Source: Alphaproteobacteria bacterium (GTDB taxonomy: Bacteria; Pseudomonadota; Alphaproteobacteria; Bin95). From it: DNA of 64,000 nucleotides. Under the pieces are notes generated by a model, which worked only from the letters and a program-made list of their open reading frames with translations, had not been told where the DNA came from and ran no database searches. The position numbers and the translations under genes were made by a program. The stretch covers positions 384,001 to 448,000 of the forward strand of contig CAXXWS020000002.1 of assembly GCA_963665325.3 (NCBI GenBank), written 5' to 3'. Positions 31,298 through 41,132 of the stretch are shown piece by piece; the first letter of the stretch is position 1; every line of letters begins with the position of its first letter.

Positions 31298-32176
31298 TCA
31301 GAAAGGTCTCGTGCCTATGACGACTGTGCGGTTCAACACGCGAGGATGACGCGCGATTTCATAGTTCGGCACCGCCCGGTGCAGCAGGCAGCGATTGTCC
31401 CACATCAGGACATCGCCCCTTCGCCAGCGATGCGTATAGACGAACCGGTCCCGCCCGATATGGTCCGTCAGCTCAGCCAGCAGCGCGGCGCTTACCGCCT
31501 CCGGCAGGCCCTCTATATGGGAGACGTGCACCCCGAGATAGAGTGACTTGCGGCCGGTTTCGGGATGGGTTCGCACGAGCGGGTGGGAGATCGGCGGTCG
31601 CGCGCGCCTCTGTTCGGCGGTCGCTGGCGACGTCCCGGAGTTGATGCGGCTGGCGACCCAGTCATGCACCGCGCGAAGCCCGTCGAGCTGTGCCTTCATG
31701 CCTGTCGGCAGGGCGTCGTAGGCCAGTCGTGCGTTCGCGAATTGCGTGTCGCCGCCCGACGGCGGCACTTCGACAGCGTGGAGGATCGTCACGAGTGCCG
31801 GTACTGCGTGATAGGACTTGTCCGTGTGCCAGAACCAGTTGAGCCTGGCCACATCTATGTTGATGAGGGTCCCGGCCGAATCGAGGTTCGTCAGTGTGTG
31901 GACCGTCGGAAAGGTGCTGCCATCGGACAGCTTGCCGATATGGCCCTCCAACTCGCCGAAGTGGCTGCTGAACCTCGCCTGCCGGGTCTTCGACAGGGAC
32001 TGGCCCGGAAAGATCAACACGGGATGGTCAGCGAGAGCGGCCCGGATAGCCCCAACCTGCTTCGGAAGGAGGTCCTGCGACAGGTCGGTGCCGTCAATTT
32101 CCGCCGCGCCGACCGGTGAAAGCGGGCTTACTGTCAGCGCGGGTGACGGCGAGTTCTTGCCTTTGCAGGATGCCAT
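31298..32176 (-). CDS. TauD/TfdA family 2OG-dependent dioxygenase
   Basis: WHTD, GGDTQFA, HPLVRTHPETGRKSLY, WDNRCLLHRA. Confidence 0.93.
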   Translation of the reverse strand: MASCKGKNSPSPALTVSPLSPVGAAEIDGTDLSQDLLPKQVGAIRAALADHPVLIFPGQSLSKTRQARFSSHFGELEGHIGKLSDGSTFPTVHTLTNLDSAGTLINIDVARLNWFWHTDKSYHAVPALVTILHAVEVPPSGGDTQFANARLAYDALPTGMKAQLDGLRAVHDWVASRINSGTSPATAEQRRARPPISHPLVRTHPETGRKSLYLGVHVSHIEGLPEAVSAALLAELTDHIGRDRFVYTHRWRRGDVLMWDNRCLLHRAVPNYEIARHPRVLNRTVVIGTRPF

Positions 32177-32265
32177 GCGGCAGAGAGTACTGCGAATTCG
32201 CCATCGCCTCGACCGGTTTGGGCTAATCTCGGCATCCGTCCCTCTCAGACCGCAGGAGCGCCACG

Positions 32266-33510
32266 ATGCCGACGCTGCTTCCCAACCTTTCCATCGACGC
32301 CGAACGCCTGCGGTCCACGCTGGACCGCTCGTCCGGGATCGGGACCGGACCGAAGGGCGGGTTGCGCCGGCTGGCCCTCTCGGACAGCGACAGGGAGATG
32401 CGCGACCAGTTCTCCGCCTGGTGCGAGGCCGGCGGCTGCCGGGTCGCGGTCGATGAAGCGGGCAGCATCTTCGCCCGGCGCGCGGGACGAGAGGACGGCC
32501 TGCCGCCGGTCGTGGTGGGCAGCCACCTCGACACGCAGGCGGCGGGCGGCCGCTTCGACGGCATTCTGGGAGTGCTGGCGGGGCTGGAGATCCTGCGCAC
32601 GCTGGACGACAACGGCATCGCCACGAAACGTCCCATCGAGGTCGTCAACTGGACCAATGAGGAAGGCGCACGGTTCGCGCCGCCGATGGCAGCTTCGCGC
32701 GTCTTCGCTGGGCTCGCGACCGTGGATTGGCTGCACGACCTCAAGGACGATGACGGCATCCGCTATGGCGACGAGCTCCGGCGGATAGGCTATCTGGGCG
32801 AAGCGCCGGTCGGCGGGCGGGCCCTCGACTCCTATTTCGAGCTGCATATCGAGCAGGACTCGCTGCTGGAGGAGCGGGGTGTGTCGGTCGGTGTGGTGAC
32901 CGGCGGCTACTACAGCCACGCGCTGAACTGCGTCTTCCACGGCGAGTGCGCCCATACCGGGCCGACGGAGATGAAGTTGCGGCGGAACGCGATGATGGGC
33001 GCCGCCTATTTCCTGGCCGCCGTCAACGACATCGGCTGGGATTACGAGCCGGTCGGGCGCACCTCGGCCTCGCGCATGCAGCTCTGGCCGAACCGCTTCG
33101 GCATCCTGCCGGAATATGCCGAGGTGACCGTCGATATGCGCCACAAGGACCGCGCGGTCACCGACGAGATGGTGGAGAAGACCCGCACGGCACTGGGCCG
33201 GGCAGCCGAAAAGGCGCAGGTCGAAGCCGAGATTACCGCCGAGTGGACCTTCGGCGACGAGGTGTTCGATCCCGAATGCAGCAATCTGGTGCGCCACGCG
33301 GCAGAGGCGCGCGGCACCTCCTGCATGGACATGCGCAGCATCGCCGGCCACGACGCCTACTATATTTCGCGCATCGCGCCGACGGCGCTGGTGTTCAGCC
33401 CGTGCGTGGGCGGTATCACCCATAACGAGGCCGAAGATATCCCCTGGGAGCCGACCGTCGAGGCGGTCAATGTGCTGCTCGACGCTGTGCTCGCCCGCGC
33501 CGACCGGTAG
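32266..33510 (+). CDS. Zn-dependent M20 hydrolase (N-carbamoyl-amino acid/allantoate amidohydrolase family)
   Basis: GSHLDT, GGRFDGILGV, NEEGARF, ELHIEQ, HTG, AGHDA, HNEAE. Confidence 0.92.
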   Translation: MPTLLPNLSIDAERLRSTLDRSSGIGTGPKGGLRRLALSDSDREMRDQFSAWCEAGGCRVAVDEAGSIFARRAGREDGLPPVVVGSHLDTQAAGGRFDGILGVLAGLEILRTLDDNGIATKRPIEVVNWTNEEGARFAPPMAASRVFAGLATVDWLHDLKDDDGIRYGDELRRIGYLGEAPVGGRALDSYFELHIEQDSLLEERGVSVGVVTGGYYSHALNCVFHGECAHTGPTEMKLRRNAMMGAAYFLAAVNDIGWDYEPVGRTSASRMQLWPNRFGILPEYAEVTVDMRHKDRAVTDEMVEKTRTALGRAAEKAQVEAEITAEWTFGDEVFDPECSNLVRHAAEARGTSCMDMRSIAGHDAYYISRIAPTALVFSPCVGGITHNEAEDIPWEPTVEAVNVLLDAVLARADR

Positions 33511-33519
33511 GGCGTCCGG

Positions 33520-33924
33520 CTACAGGTAGTTAGAGACCTCGACGAGATTGCCGTCCGGGTCGCGGAAGTAGACCGAGTGGATAGGGCCGAGGGCCCCGCT
33601 GCGCTCGGACGGCGGCGTTTCGATCTCGACGCCGCAGGCTTCGAGATGGGCGACGACCTCCTCCATCGGCGTTTCGGTAATGAGGCAGAAGTCCTCGCCG
33701 CCGCAGCGCGGGTCGCGTGCGCGGTACCAGTCGGTGTCGTCGGGATGCAGGTTGATCTTGTGCTGTCCGAACCTGAGCGCCTTCCTGACGACTCCGTCCT
33801 GGCCGATGCCCTCGCGCCCGAAGCTGACGACCTCCATGCCCAGCGCTTTCGTATAGAAGTCGCAGGTAGCCTCGATGTCCTTCACCCGCATCACGAAATG
33901 GTCGAGCCGTTCGATTTTGACCAT
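33520..33924 (-). CDS. VOC/glyoxalase family protein
   Basis: RLDHFV, KINLH, DFC, YFRDPDGNLVE. Confidence 0.9.
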   Translation of the reverse strand: MVKIERLDHFVMRVKDIEATCDFYTKALGMEVVSFGREGIGQDGVVRKALRFGQHKINLHPDDTDWYRARDPRCGGEDFCLITETPMEEVVAHLEACGVEIETPPSERSGALGPIHSVYFRDPDGNLVEVSNYL

Positions 33925-33944
33925 CCTTGCCTGTCCCTCCCGTC

Positions 33945-35633
33945 CTACCCCGGATTGCTTTCGAAATCGTCCAGCCGGTCGCGTTCGGCGAGACCGGGGG
34001 CGCGCTCCCGCGCCGGGCCGTAGCCGCCACCGCCGCCGGTGCGCACGATGAGGCGGTCGCCGCGGCTCAGCGGGAACTGCTGCTTCGACCGGAGCGGTAT
34101 CTTCTGCCCGCCGCGCATGACGAAGGTTTCCGCCTTCGCGCCGGGGCCACCGCCGAACATGCCTTCGGCGGCGATACGGAAGCGGTCGCCATAGGTTGCG
34201 AAGTTCACGCCGTCGTCGAGAATCCGGTAGATCCGCTGGAACCCCATGCCGCCGCGTTGCCGCCCGCTGCCCCCCGAGGCGGACCGCAGGCTGTAATCCT
34301 CCACCCGGAAAAACGGATAGTCGCTCTCCATCGCCTCGATAGGAATGTTCGAGCAGTTGGACAGCATCGAGTCGACGGCGTCGCAGCCGTCATTGTCGGG
34401 GCCCGCCCCGTAGCCGCCGCCGAAGATTTCGAGATAGATGTTGTAGCCGCTGTCGTTCCTGTGGCTGAGGCAACTGACGGTGGTTGTGTCGAAGCCCGGC
34501 GCGATGACCCTGTCCGGTACGGCGCCGGCAAGAGCGTTCATGACCGCATTGACCACCCGGTAGCTCGGCAGCAGGCGGGCCCGCACGGGCGCCGGAGGGC
34601 GCGGATTGACGAGGCAACCGTAAGGCGCTGTCACCGTAATTGCGCGCTCCGCGCCTTCGTTGAACGGGATGTCGGGATCGGTCAGAACGGCCTTGATGCA
34701 GGCGATGGCTGAGGAGACGGTGGAGGCGAAGGGGCTGTTCATGTTGGTGGCGACCTGCGGGGCGGTGCCGGCGAAATCCACCGCAATCGAATCGCCGTCG
34801 ACAGTCAGGCTCGCCCGTATCGGCACCGGGTCTTCGCCTTCGCCATCGTCGTCGAGCCAAGCCTCGCCGCGGTAGGCGCCGTCGGGCGCGGCCCGAATGG
34901 CGACCCGGATGCGGCGCTCCGAATAGTCGAGCATTTCGTCCATGGCCGAGAACACCGTGTCCATGCCGAACTTTCGGCACAAGCTCTTGAGCCGCTCGCC
35001 ACCGACGGCATTAGCAGCGAATTGCGCGTTGATGTCGCCGATGGTTGCCTCGGGCATGCGCACATTGGCGCGCACCAGCCGCTGGAACGGGCCGCCGTTC
35101 CAGTCCCGCTCGACCGAATAGCGGCTCGGCGGAAAGGTGATGCCTTCCTCGTGCACGTCGCCGGCATCCGGATTGAGGCCGGGCGCGCCGCCGCCGAGAT
35201 CGATGTGATGAACGACCGTGGCGGTAACCCCGATCAGGACATCGTCCAGGAAGATCGGCGAAAACAGGAAAATGTCGGGCAGGTGCTGCCCGCCGGAATA
35301 AGGGTCGTTGTTGATGAGGAAATCCCCGTCCCTGAGCGTCTCCAGCGGATGGTGCTCAAGGCAGGCGCGAAAGGTGTGCGTCACCGAGCCAAGCTGGATC
35401 GGGATCAGGTCCGCCTGGCTGACCACACGGCCCTTGCGGTCGAGGATCGCGGCCGAGCAGTCCTGCGCTTCGCGCACCACCGGGGAATGGGCCGAGCGGA
35501 CCAGCTTGATGCCCATCTCGTCGGCAGCGGCAATCAGGGCCTGGGTGATGACCGCCTGGTCCACGGGCGAGACTTTCACCGCCCGGTCTACGGGCGAGAC
35601 TTTCACCGCCCGGTCCATTGGCGAAACCGTCAT
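33945..35633 (-). CDS. Hydantoinase B/oxoprolinase subunit
   Basis: SPVVREAQDCS, NDPYSGGQHLPD, HHIDLGG, SGGSGRQRGG, TGGGGGYG. Confidence 0.93.
   Translation of the reverse strand: MTVSPMDRAVKVSPVDRAVKVSPVDQAVITQALIAAADEMGIKLVRSAHSPVVREAQDCSAAILDRKGRVVSQADLIPIQLGSVTHTFRACLEHHPLETLRDGDFLINNDPYSGGQHLPDIFLFSPIFLDDVLIGVTATVVHHIDLGGGAPGLNPDAGDVHEEGITFPPSRYSVERDWNGGPFQRLVRANVRMPEATIGDINAQFAANAVGGERLKSLCRKFGMDTVFSAMDEMLDYSERRIRVAIRAAPDGAYRGEAWLDDDGEGEDPVPIRASLTVDGDSIAVDFAGTAPQVATNMNSPFASTVSSAIACIKAVLTDPDIPFNEGAERAITVTAPYGCLVNPRPPAPVRARLLPSYRVVNAVMNALAGAVPDRVIAPGFDTTTVSCLSHRNDSGYNIYLEIFGGGYGAGPDNDGCDAVDSMLSNCSNIPIEAMESDYPFFRVEDYSLRSASGGSGRQRGGMGFQRIYRILDDGVNFATYGDRFRIAAEGMFGGGPGAKAETFVMRGGQKIPLRSKQQFPLSRGDRLIVRTGGGGGYGPARERAPGLAERDRLDDFESNPG
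35551..35631. repeat. 27-bp in-frame tandem repeat, three copies, at the 5' end of hydantoinase B
   Basis: accgcctggtccacgggcgagactttc / accgcccggtctacgggcgagactttc / accgcccggtccattggcgaaaccgtc, encoding (T/K)VSP(M/V)D(R/Q)AV three times. Confidence 0.9.
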
Positions 35634-37651
35634 GGCGCTGCCTCCTTCCGCAGGACCACATTGTCGTTGCCGTCGCGTGCGGCAGTCCAGCCCGGCGGCA
35701 CATATACCGTCGCGCTGCCATCGTCGATCAGGAGCGGCCCGCATATGGCGGCCGGGCCCAGAGTCGCCCGGGTCGCCAGGCCGGCATCAAGGGTTTCGCC
35801 GCGTTCGGTCAGGACGGTGCGGCATCGCTCGTCCACGCCGGTCGGCTGCGGGCGGCCTGTCGCCGGCATCGGCGGCGGCGGCGCCTTGACGCCCACCCGG
35901 AACGACACGACCTCGACCGGGTCGCCATGCGGTTTCGCGAACTCGAAGATCCGGCGATGCGCCTCGCCGAACAACGCGGCGAGGTCGTCGGCGTGCAATC
36001 GTTCGAGCGCGTGACCGGAGAGCGAAACCGGTACCTCGAAGGCCTGGCCGAGATACCGCATCTCCAGCACCCGGTCGAAATCCGCCTCCGTCTCTATCCC
36101 GAGCCCGGCAAGATAGTCGCGCGCTTCCGCCTGCAGCATTTCGACCGTCTCGCGAATGTCCGCCATATTGGCCTCGGAAACCGCCAGCCGCCGGGTCCGG
36201 GTCCGGTAGTGGACATGGTCGGACAGCAGGAGGCCGGAAGCGGACAGCACGCCGGCATTCGGCGGCACGACGACGGTCGCTATCGCAAGATCCTCGGCTA
36301 CTCTGGCCGCATGCAGCGGGCCCGCGCCGCCATAGGGCACCAGCACATAATCGCGCGGGTCGCGTCCGCGCTCGGTCGAAACGCGCTGCACGGCGCGCAC
36401 GATGCTGACTTCGGCCAGGCGGACCACGCTGTCGGCAATTTCCTCGACCGACATGGCGAACCGGCTGGCCAGGGGCCGATACACCCGGCGGGCCGCGTCG
36501 CGGTCAATTTCCATGCGGCCGCCGAGAAACGCATCCGGTCTGAGCGTGCCGCGGACCAGATGTGCATCCGTCACCGTCGGCAGGTCCCCGCCGCGCCGGT
36601 AACAGGCCGGTCCCGGCGTCGCGCCGGCCGATCTCGGACCGGCCCTCAGCAGGCCACCGTCGTCCACCCAGGCGATGGAGCCGCCGCCGGCCCCGACCGT
36701 GACGATGTCGATGACCGGCGTCTTCACCGGCAGGCCGTCGATGCGTGTCGTCGACGCCAATTCGGGCTGGCCGCCGGCGATGAGCGCGACGTCGGTGCTG
36801 GTGCCGCCCATATCGAGGGTAATCAGGTTGCGGTAACCCGCGCCGGCAACGCTGCGTACCGCGCCGACCACGCCGGCTGCAGGGCCCGAAAACAGTGCCG
36901 ATATGGCGTTGCGCGCCATCGCCTCGGCAGGCATCCGGCCGCCATTGGACTGCATGATGGAGAACCGCCCGGCGAATCCGCGCTCGGCCAGGGCGGCGGA
37001 GAACCGGCCGACATAGCCGGCCATGACCGGCTGCACATAGGCGGCAAGCGCCGTGGTCGAGGCGCGCTCATACTCGCGGAATTCCCGCGTCACATCGCTC
37101 GAACAGGTCACCGGGAGCGATGGAGCCTGCTCGCGAACGATCTCGGCGACCGTCCTTTCGTGGTCCGGATTGGCGTAAGCATGCAGAAAACAGACAGCAG
37201 CCGCCTCGTAACTTCCGTCCGCCAGCACCTGCCGGACAAGGCCGGCAACGGCAGCTCGGTCCGGGGTCCTGATTGCCGTGCCGTCGGCTGCGATGCGCTC
37301 GTCGATCTCGACAACGTCGCGGCGTCGCACGACCGGTTCGGGCTTCCGGTAGCGGAGATCGTAGATCGCCTCCTTGTCGTGCCGCTGCAGCAGCAGCAGG
37401 TCGCGCGTGCCCTTCGTGACGAAGAGACAGACCGCGGCGCCCTTGCGTTCGAGCACGGCGTTGGTCGCCACGGTCGAGCCGTGGACGAGCTCCTCGATCC
37501 GGGCCGGGTCGAGGCCGGCGGCGTCGATCGCGTGCATCGCCCCCTGATCGGGATTCGCCGGCGTGCTCGGCACTTTCGCCGTGCGCACGGACTCTCCGTC
37601 GACCGCCACCAGGTCGGTGAATGTCCCCCCTACTTCGATCCCGACGCGCAT
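35630..37651 (-). CDS. Hydantoinase A/oxoprolinase subunit (ATP-dependent)
   Basis: GIEVGGTFTD, HGSTVATN, REYER, SGPAAG, DMGGTSTD, GAGGGSIA, GGAGPLH. Confidence 0.93.
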   Translation of the reverse strand: MRVGIEVGGTFTDLVAVDGESVRTAKVPSTPANPDQGAMHAIDAAGLDPARIEELVHGSTVATNAVLERKGAAVCLFVTKGTRDLLLLQRHDKEAIYDLRYRKPEPVVRRRDVVEIDERIAADGTAIRTPDRAAVAGLVRQVLADGSYEAAAVCFLHAYANPDHERTVAEIVREQAPSLPVTCSSDVTREFREYERASTTALAAYVQPVMAGYVGRFSAALAERGFAGRFSIMQSNGGRMPAEAMARNAISALFSGPAAGVVGAVRSVAGAGYRNLITLDMGGTSTDVALIAGGQPELASTTRIDGLPVKTPVIDIVTVGAGGGSIAWVDDGGLLRAGPRSAGATPGPACYRRGGDLPTVTDAHLVRGTLRPDAFLGGRMEIDRDAARRVYRPLASRFAMSVEEIADSVVRLAEVSIVRAVQRVSTERGRDPRDYVLVPYGGAGPLHAARVAEDLAIATVVVPPNAGVLSASGLLLSDHVHYRTRTRRLAVSEANMADIRETVEMLQAEARDYLAGLGIETEADFDRVLEMRYLGQAFEVPVSLSGHALERLHADDLAALFGEAHRRIFEFAKPHGDPVEVVSFRVGVKAPPPPMPATGRPQPTGVDERCRTVLTERGETLDAGLATRATLGPAAICGPLLIDDGSATVYVPPGWTAARDGNDNVVLRKEAAP

Positions 37652-37725
37652 GTCCGCTCCCGGTTTCCGACGCCCCCTCAGCCGGGCTAGAGTGCATCCA
37701 CGCACAAGGGAATGGAAGGCGGGGA

Positions 37726-40101
37726 GTGACGGCATCGCGGTTTTCCGATGGCCGGCCGGGAGCGGTCGGCCGGCCCCTGCCGCGCAGCGGTGCGAGGCGG
37801 CTCGTATTCGGCCGCGGAAAATACGCCGGCGACCTCCGCTTTCCGGGCCTGCTCCACCTCGCGTTCGTCAGGAGCCCGTATGCGCATGCGCGAATCCTGG
37901 CGATCGATCCGGCGCCGGCGCTTGCCGCGGTGCCGGACGCGAAGGTGTTCACCGGGGCCGACATTGCGGCGGTCTGCACTCCCTGGCAGGGGAGGATGGA
38001 CCATCTGCCGGCGCTGGTCTCGCCGCCGCAGCATGCCGTCGCGGTGGACCGCGCGGTCTGGCAGGGCGAACCCGTTGCGGCGGTCGTCGCCGCCAGCCGT
38101 GCCCTGGCCGAAGACGCCGCTGCCGAAGTCGTCGTCGAGTGGGAGCCGCTGCCGGCGGCGGCCGTTCGCAACCGCACGCTCGACAAAGACGCCGCACTGG
38201 CTCATCCCGGGCTGGGCGGCAATCTCTGCTTCTCCACCGCGATCCGGGCCGGCGATCCGGATGCCGCACTCGCCGGGGCCGAGCATGTCGTGGAGGGCCG
38301 CTTCTCCTTTGCCCGCCACACGGGCGTGCCGCTGGAACCCAGAACCGTGATCGCCGACTACGATCCGGGGGAAGGCAGCCTCACCGTCCACGGCAGCCAC
38401 CAGGCGCCTTGGCACCAGCAGGACACGCTGTCGCGCCATCTCGGCATTCCCGAGCATCTCGTCCGTGTCGTGACGCCCGATATCGGCGGCGGGTTCGGCA
38501 TCAAACTGCACATCTATGGCGAGGAGATCGCGGTCTCGGCCGTCAGCAGGATTCTGGGCCGGCCGGTAAAATATGCCGCCGACCGCATGGAATCCTTCGT
38601 CAGCGACATCCAGGCCCGCGACCAGGCGGTGACCGCGAAGCTGGGCGTGGGCGGGGACGGCGGTATCCGGGGACTCGCGGTGGATGCGCTTTCCTCCTTC
38701 GGCGCCTACGCTTCCTACGGTCGTGTGCCGGTCAATGAAGGCATGATGACGATTACGTTGGCCGGCGGGCCCTACGCCAACGAAGACTATGAAGGCCGGC
38801 TGCGCATCGCCTTCCAGAACAAGCCGCCGTCCGGCATGTATCGCGCGGTCGGCCAGCCGATCGCCTGCGCGGTGACCGAGCAGCTTGTCGACTGGGCGGC
38901 CCATGCCGCCGGCATCGATCCGGTGGAGATGCGCCGGCGCAATTACTGGCCCGAGGACGCTTTTCCGCTCAGGACGCCCGGCGGAATCGCCATGGGCCGG
39001 CTGAGCTTCCGGCAATGCCTCGACGAACTGGTCTCCATGATGGGCTACGACGCGCTGCGCTCCGAACAGGCCGCGCTGCGCCGAAACGGGGTCTATCGCG
39101 GGATTGGGGTCGCGACATTCCTGGAAATGACCGCCATCGGCGCAGAGCGCTACGGCCCGGCTGGCGCCCGCATCAGCACCCAGGACGGCGCGACGGTGCG
39201 CCTCGAACCGTCGGGCAGGGTCCGCTGCGTCACCTCCGTCATAGAGCTCGGGCAGGGCACTCTAAGCGCGCTCGCCCAGATCGTCGCCGACTGCCTGGGG
39301 ATTGCGCCGGAGGAAGTCGGCGTGGTCGGCGGCGATACTGCGCTCGCCCCCTATGGCGGCGGCGCCTGGGCGTCGCGCGGGCTGACAATCGGCGGCGAGG
39401 CGGTCTGGCGCGCGGCGCAGGGCTTGCGGGAGAACATCCTCGAACTCGCCGGCGCGATCCTCCAGGCCGACCCGGCGGCGCTCGACCTTGCGGGCGGCGC
39501 AGTCTGCGACCGGGCGACGGGGGAAGCCCGGATCGCGCTCGCAGAAATCGGGCGCATCGGCCATTTCCGCCAGGACACCCTGCCGCCGGGCGTGCAGCCG
39601 GAGCTCGCCGTCACCCGCCACTACGCGCCCGATGACGTCCCTTTCGCGCTCGCCAACGGCGTGCAGGGCTCGTCTCTGGAGGTCGATCCGGAAACGGGCG
39701 CGGTGCGGCTGCTCGGCCACTGGGTGGTCGAGGACTGCGGGAGGATCGTCAACCCGCTGCTGGTGGAGGAGCAGATCAGGGGCGGTGTCGCGCAGGGCAT
39801 CGGCGGGGCGCTGTTCGAGGAATGCCGCTACGACGAGGAAGGCCAGATACTGAACGGGAGCCTGGCCGACTATCTCGTCCCGATGGCGGCGGAACTGCCC
39901 GACATCCATGTCGGCCATGTCGAAACCCCGCTCAAGGGAACGGCGCTTGGCAGTAAAGGGGCAGGAGAGGCCGGGACGGTCGGCGCGCCGGCGGCCGTCC
40001 TGCTCGCGGTCAACGACGCTCTCAGGCCGCTGGGCGCGCAGGTCTCAAGCCTTCCGATCACACCCGAGACCGTTCTGCGCGCCATTGCGGCCGCGGCTTG
40101 A
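37726..40101 (+). CDS. Xanthine dehydrogenase family molybdopterin-binding (large) subunit
   Basis: FVRSPYAHARI, DIGGGFG.K, MYRAVG, GQG, GG.AQGIG.AL.E, DY..P, KGAGEAG. Confidence 0.92.
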   Translation: MTASRFSDGRPGAVGRPLPRSGARRLVFGRGKYAGDLRFPGLLHLAFVRSPYAHARILAIDPAPALAAVPDAKVFTGADIAAVCTPWQGRMDHLPALVSPPQHAVAVDRAVWQGEPVAAVVAASRALAEDAAAEVVVEWEPLPAAAVRNRTLDKDAALAHPGLGGNLCFSTAIRAGDPDAALAGAEHVVEGRFSFARHTGVPLEPRTVIADYDPGEGSLTVHGSHQAPWHQQDTLSRHLGIPEHLVRVVTPDIGGGFGIKLHIYGEEIAVSAVSRILGRPVKYAADRMESFVSDIQARDQAVTAKLGVGGDGGIRGLAVDALSSFGAYASYGRVPVNEGMMTITLAGGPYANEDYEGRLRIAFQNKPPSGMYRAVGQPIACAVTEQLVDWAAHAAGIDPVEMRRRNYWPEDAFPLRTPGGIAMGRLSFRQCLDELVSMMGYDALRSEQAALRRNGVYRGIGVATFLEMTAIGAERYGPAGARISTQDGATVRLEPSGRVRCVTSVIELGQGTLSALAQIVADCLGIAPEEVGVVGGDTALAPYGGGAWASRGLTIGGEAVWRAAQGLRENILELAGAILQADPAALDLAGGAVCDRATGEARIALAEIGRIGHFRQDTLPPGVQPELAVTRHYAPDDVPFALANGVQGSSLEVDPETGAVRLLGHWVVEDCGRIVNPLLVEEQIRGGVAQGIGGALFEECRYDEEGQILNGSLADYLVPMAAELPDIHVGHVETPLKGTALGSKGAGEAGTVGAPAAVLLAVNDALRPLGAQVSSLPITPETVLRAIAAAA

Positions 40102-41120
40102 CGGGCAGGCAGGGAAGTCCGGTGGCGGAAGTCCGGAGGTCCGTTCGCTTCCTGTCCAGAGCGGACCTCGACAGGCTCGACATCGGTATGGACGAACTCG
40201 TGGATATCCTGGAAACGGCGTTCCGGGCGAAGGCGGCAGGCGAGGTGACGATGCCGCCCAAGATCTTCTTCCACCGCGGCGGCCCGCGCTTCTACAGCTC
40301 GATGGTCTGCGCGAGCCCGGCGCTCGGCTATGCCGGCTGCAAGTGGCAGAGCGGCGATCCGGCCAACCCGGATATCGGCCTGCCCTACATTCAAGGCCTC
40401 TACATCCTGACCGAGGACGCCACGGGCCGGATGTGCGCCGTCATGGATGCCGAATGGATCACCGGCCGGCGCACCGCCGCCGCATCCGGACTGGTCATCC
40501 GCCATCTGGCGAATGAGAGCGACCGCACCCTCGGCATATTGGGCTGCGGGTTGCAGGCACGGGCGCATCTGGAGGCGGTCCATGCCGTCCGGCCGCAATT
40601 CGACGAATGCGTTTGCTACGACACCGTTCCCGAACGGCAGGAGCGGTTCGTTGCGGATATGACGGGCAAGTTCGGTTTCGATTCCATCGTCGGGATGAGC
40701 GGCCCTGAAGAGGTCGCCCGGAACTGCGACGTGCTGGTGACGGGCGGGCCGATCCAAAAGGATCGCAGGCCGGTCATCCGGCCCGACTGGATCGGGCCGG
40801 GCGCGCTGGTCGTCACCATCGACTATGACAGCTATGTCACCGACGAAGCGATCCGGGCGATGGACCTCGTGCTCACCGACGATTACGGGCAGATCGAGGA
40901 TGCGCGGCTGAATGAGGGCAAGTTCCCGGCGGTGACCCGGGTGGATTCCACGGTCGCGGACCTCGTGGCGCATGGCAAGGGCGCGAGAACCTCCGACGGG
41001 CAGCGGATCCTGGCGTTTAACCTGGGCATTGCGCTTGAGGACCTGGCGACGGCGGTCGAGGCTTTGAACCGAGCCGAGCGGAAGGGCGTCGGGACGATGC
41101 TGCCAGGTTCGGCCGGTTAA
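40098..41120 (+). CDS. Ornithine cyclodeaminase/mu-crystallin family protein
   Basis: MPPK, KW, ITGRRTAA, GCGLQAR.H, G.ALEDLA. Confidence 0.88.
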   Translation: MTGRQGSPVAEVRRSVRFLSRADLDRLDIGMDELVDILETAFRAKAAGEVTMPPKIFFHRGGPRFYSSMVCASPALGYAGCKWQSGDPANPDIGLPYIQGLYILTEDATGRMCAVMDAEWITGRRTAAASGLVIRHLANESDRTLGILGCGLQARAHLEAVHAVRPQFDECVCYDTVPERQERFVADMTGKFGFDSIVGMSGPEEVARNCDVLVTGGPIQKDRRPVIRPDWIGPGALVVTIDYDSYVTDEAIRAMDLVLTDDYGQIEDARLNEGKFPAVTRVDSTVADLVAHGKGARTSDGQRILAFNLGIALEDLATAVEALNRAERKGVGTMLPGSAG

Positions 41121-41132
41121 CGGACCGGGGAC

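Noticed and set aside
35551-35631. CRISPR array
   Set aside because: The units are contiguous, in frame and spacerless, and no cas genes are present; the same applies to the 33-bp pair at 61.8/63.1 kb
37726-40101. Aerobic CO dehydrogenase CoxL form I
   Set aside because: The loop is MYRAVG, not AYxCSFR, and there are no coxS/coxM or accessory genes
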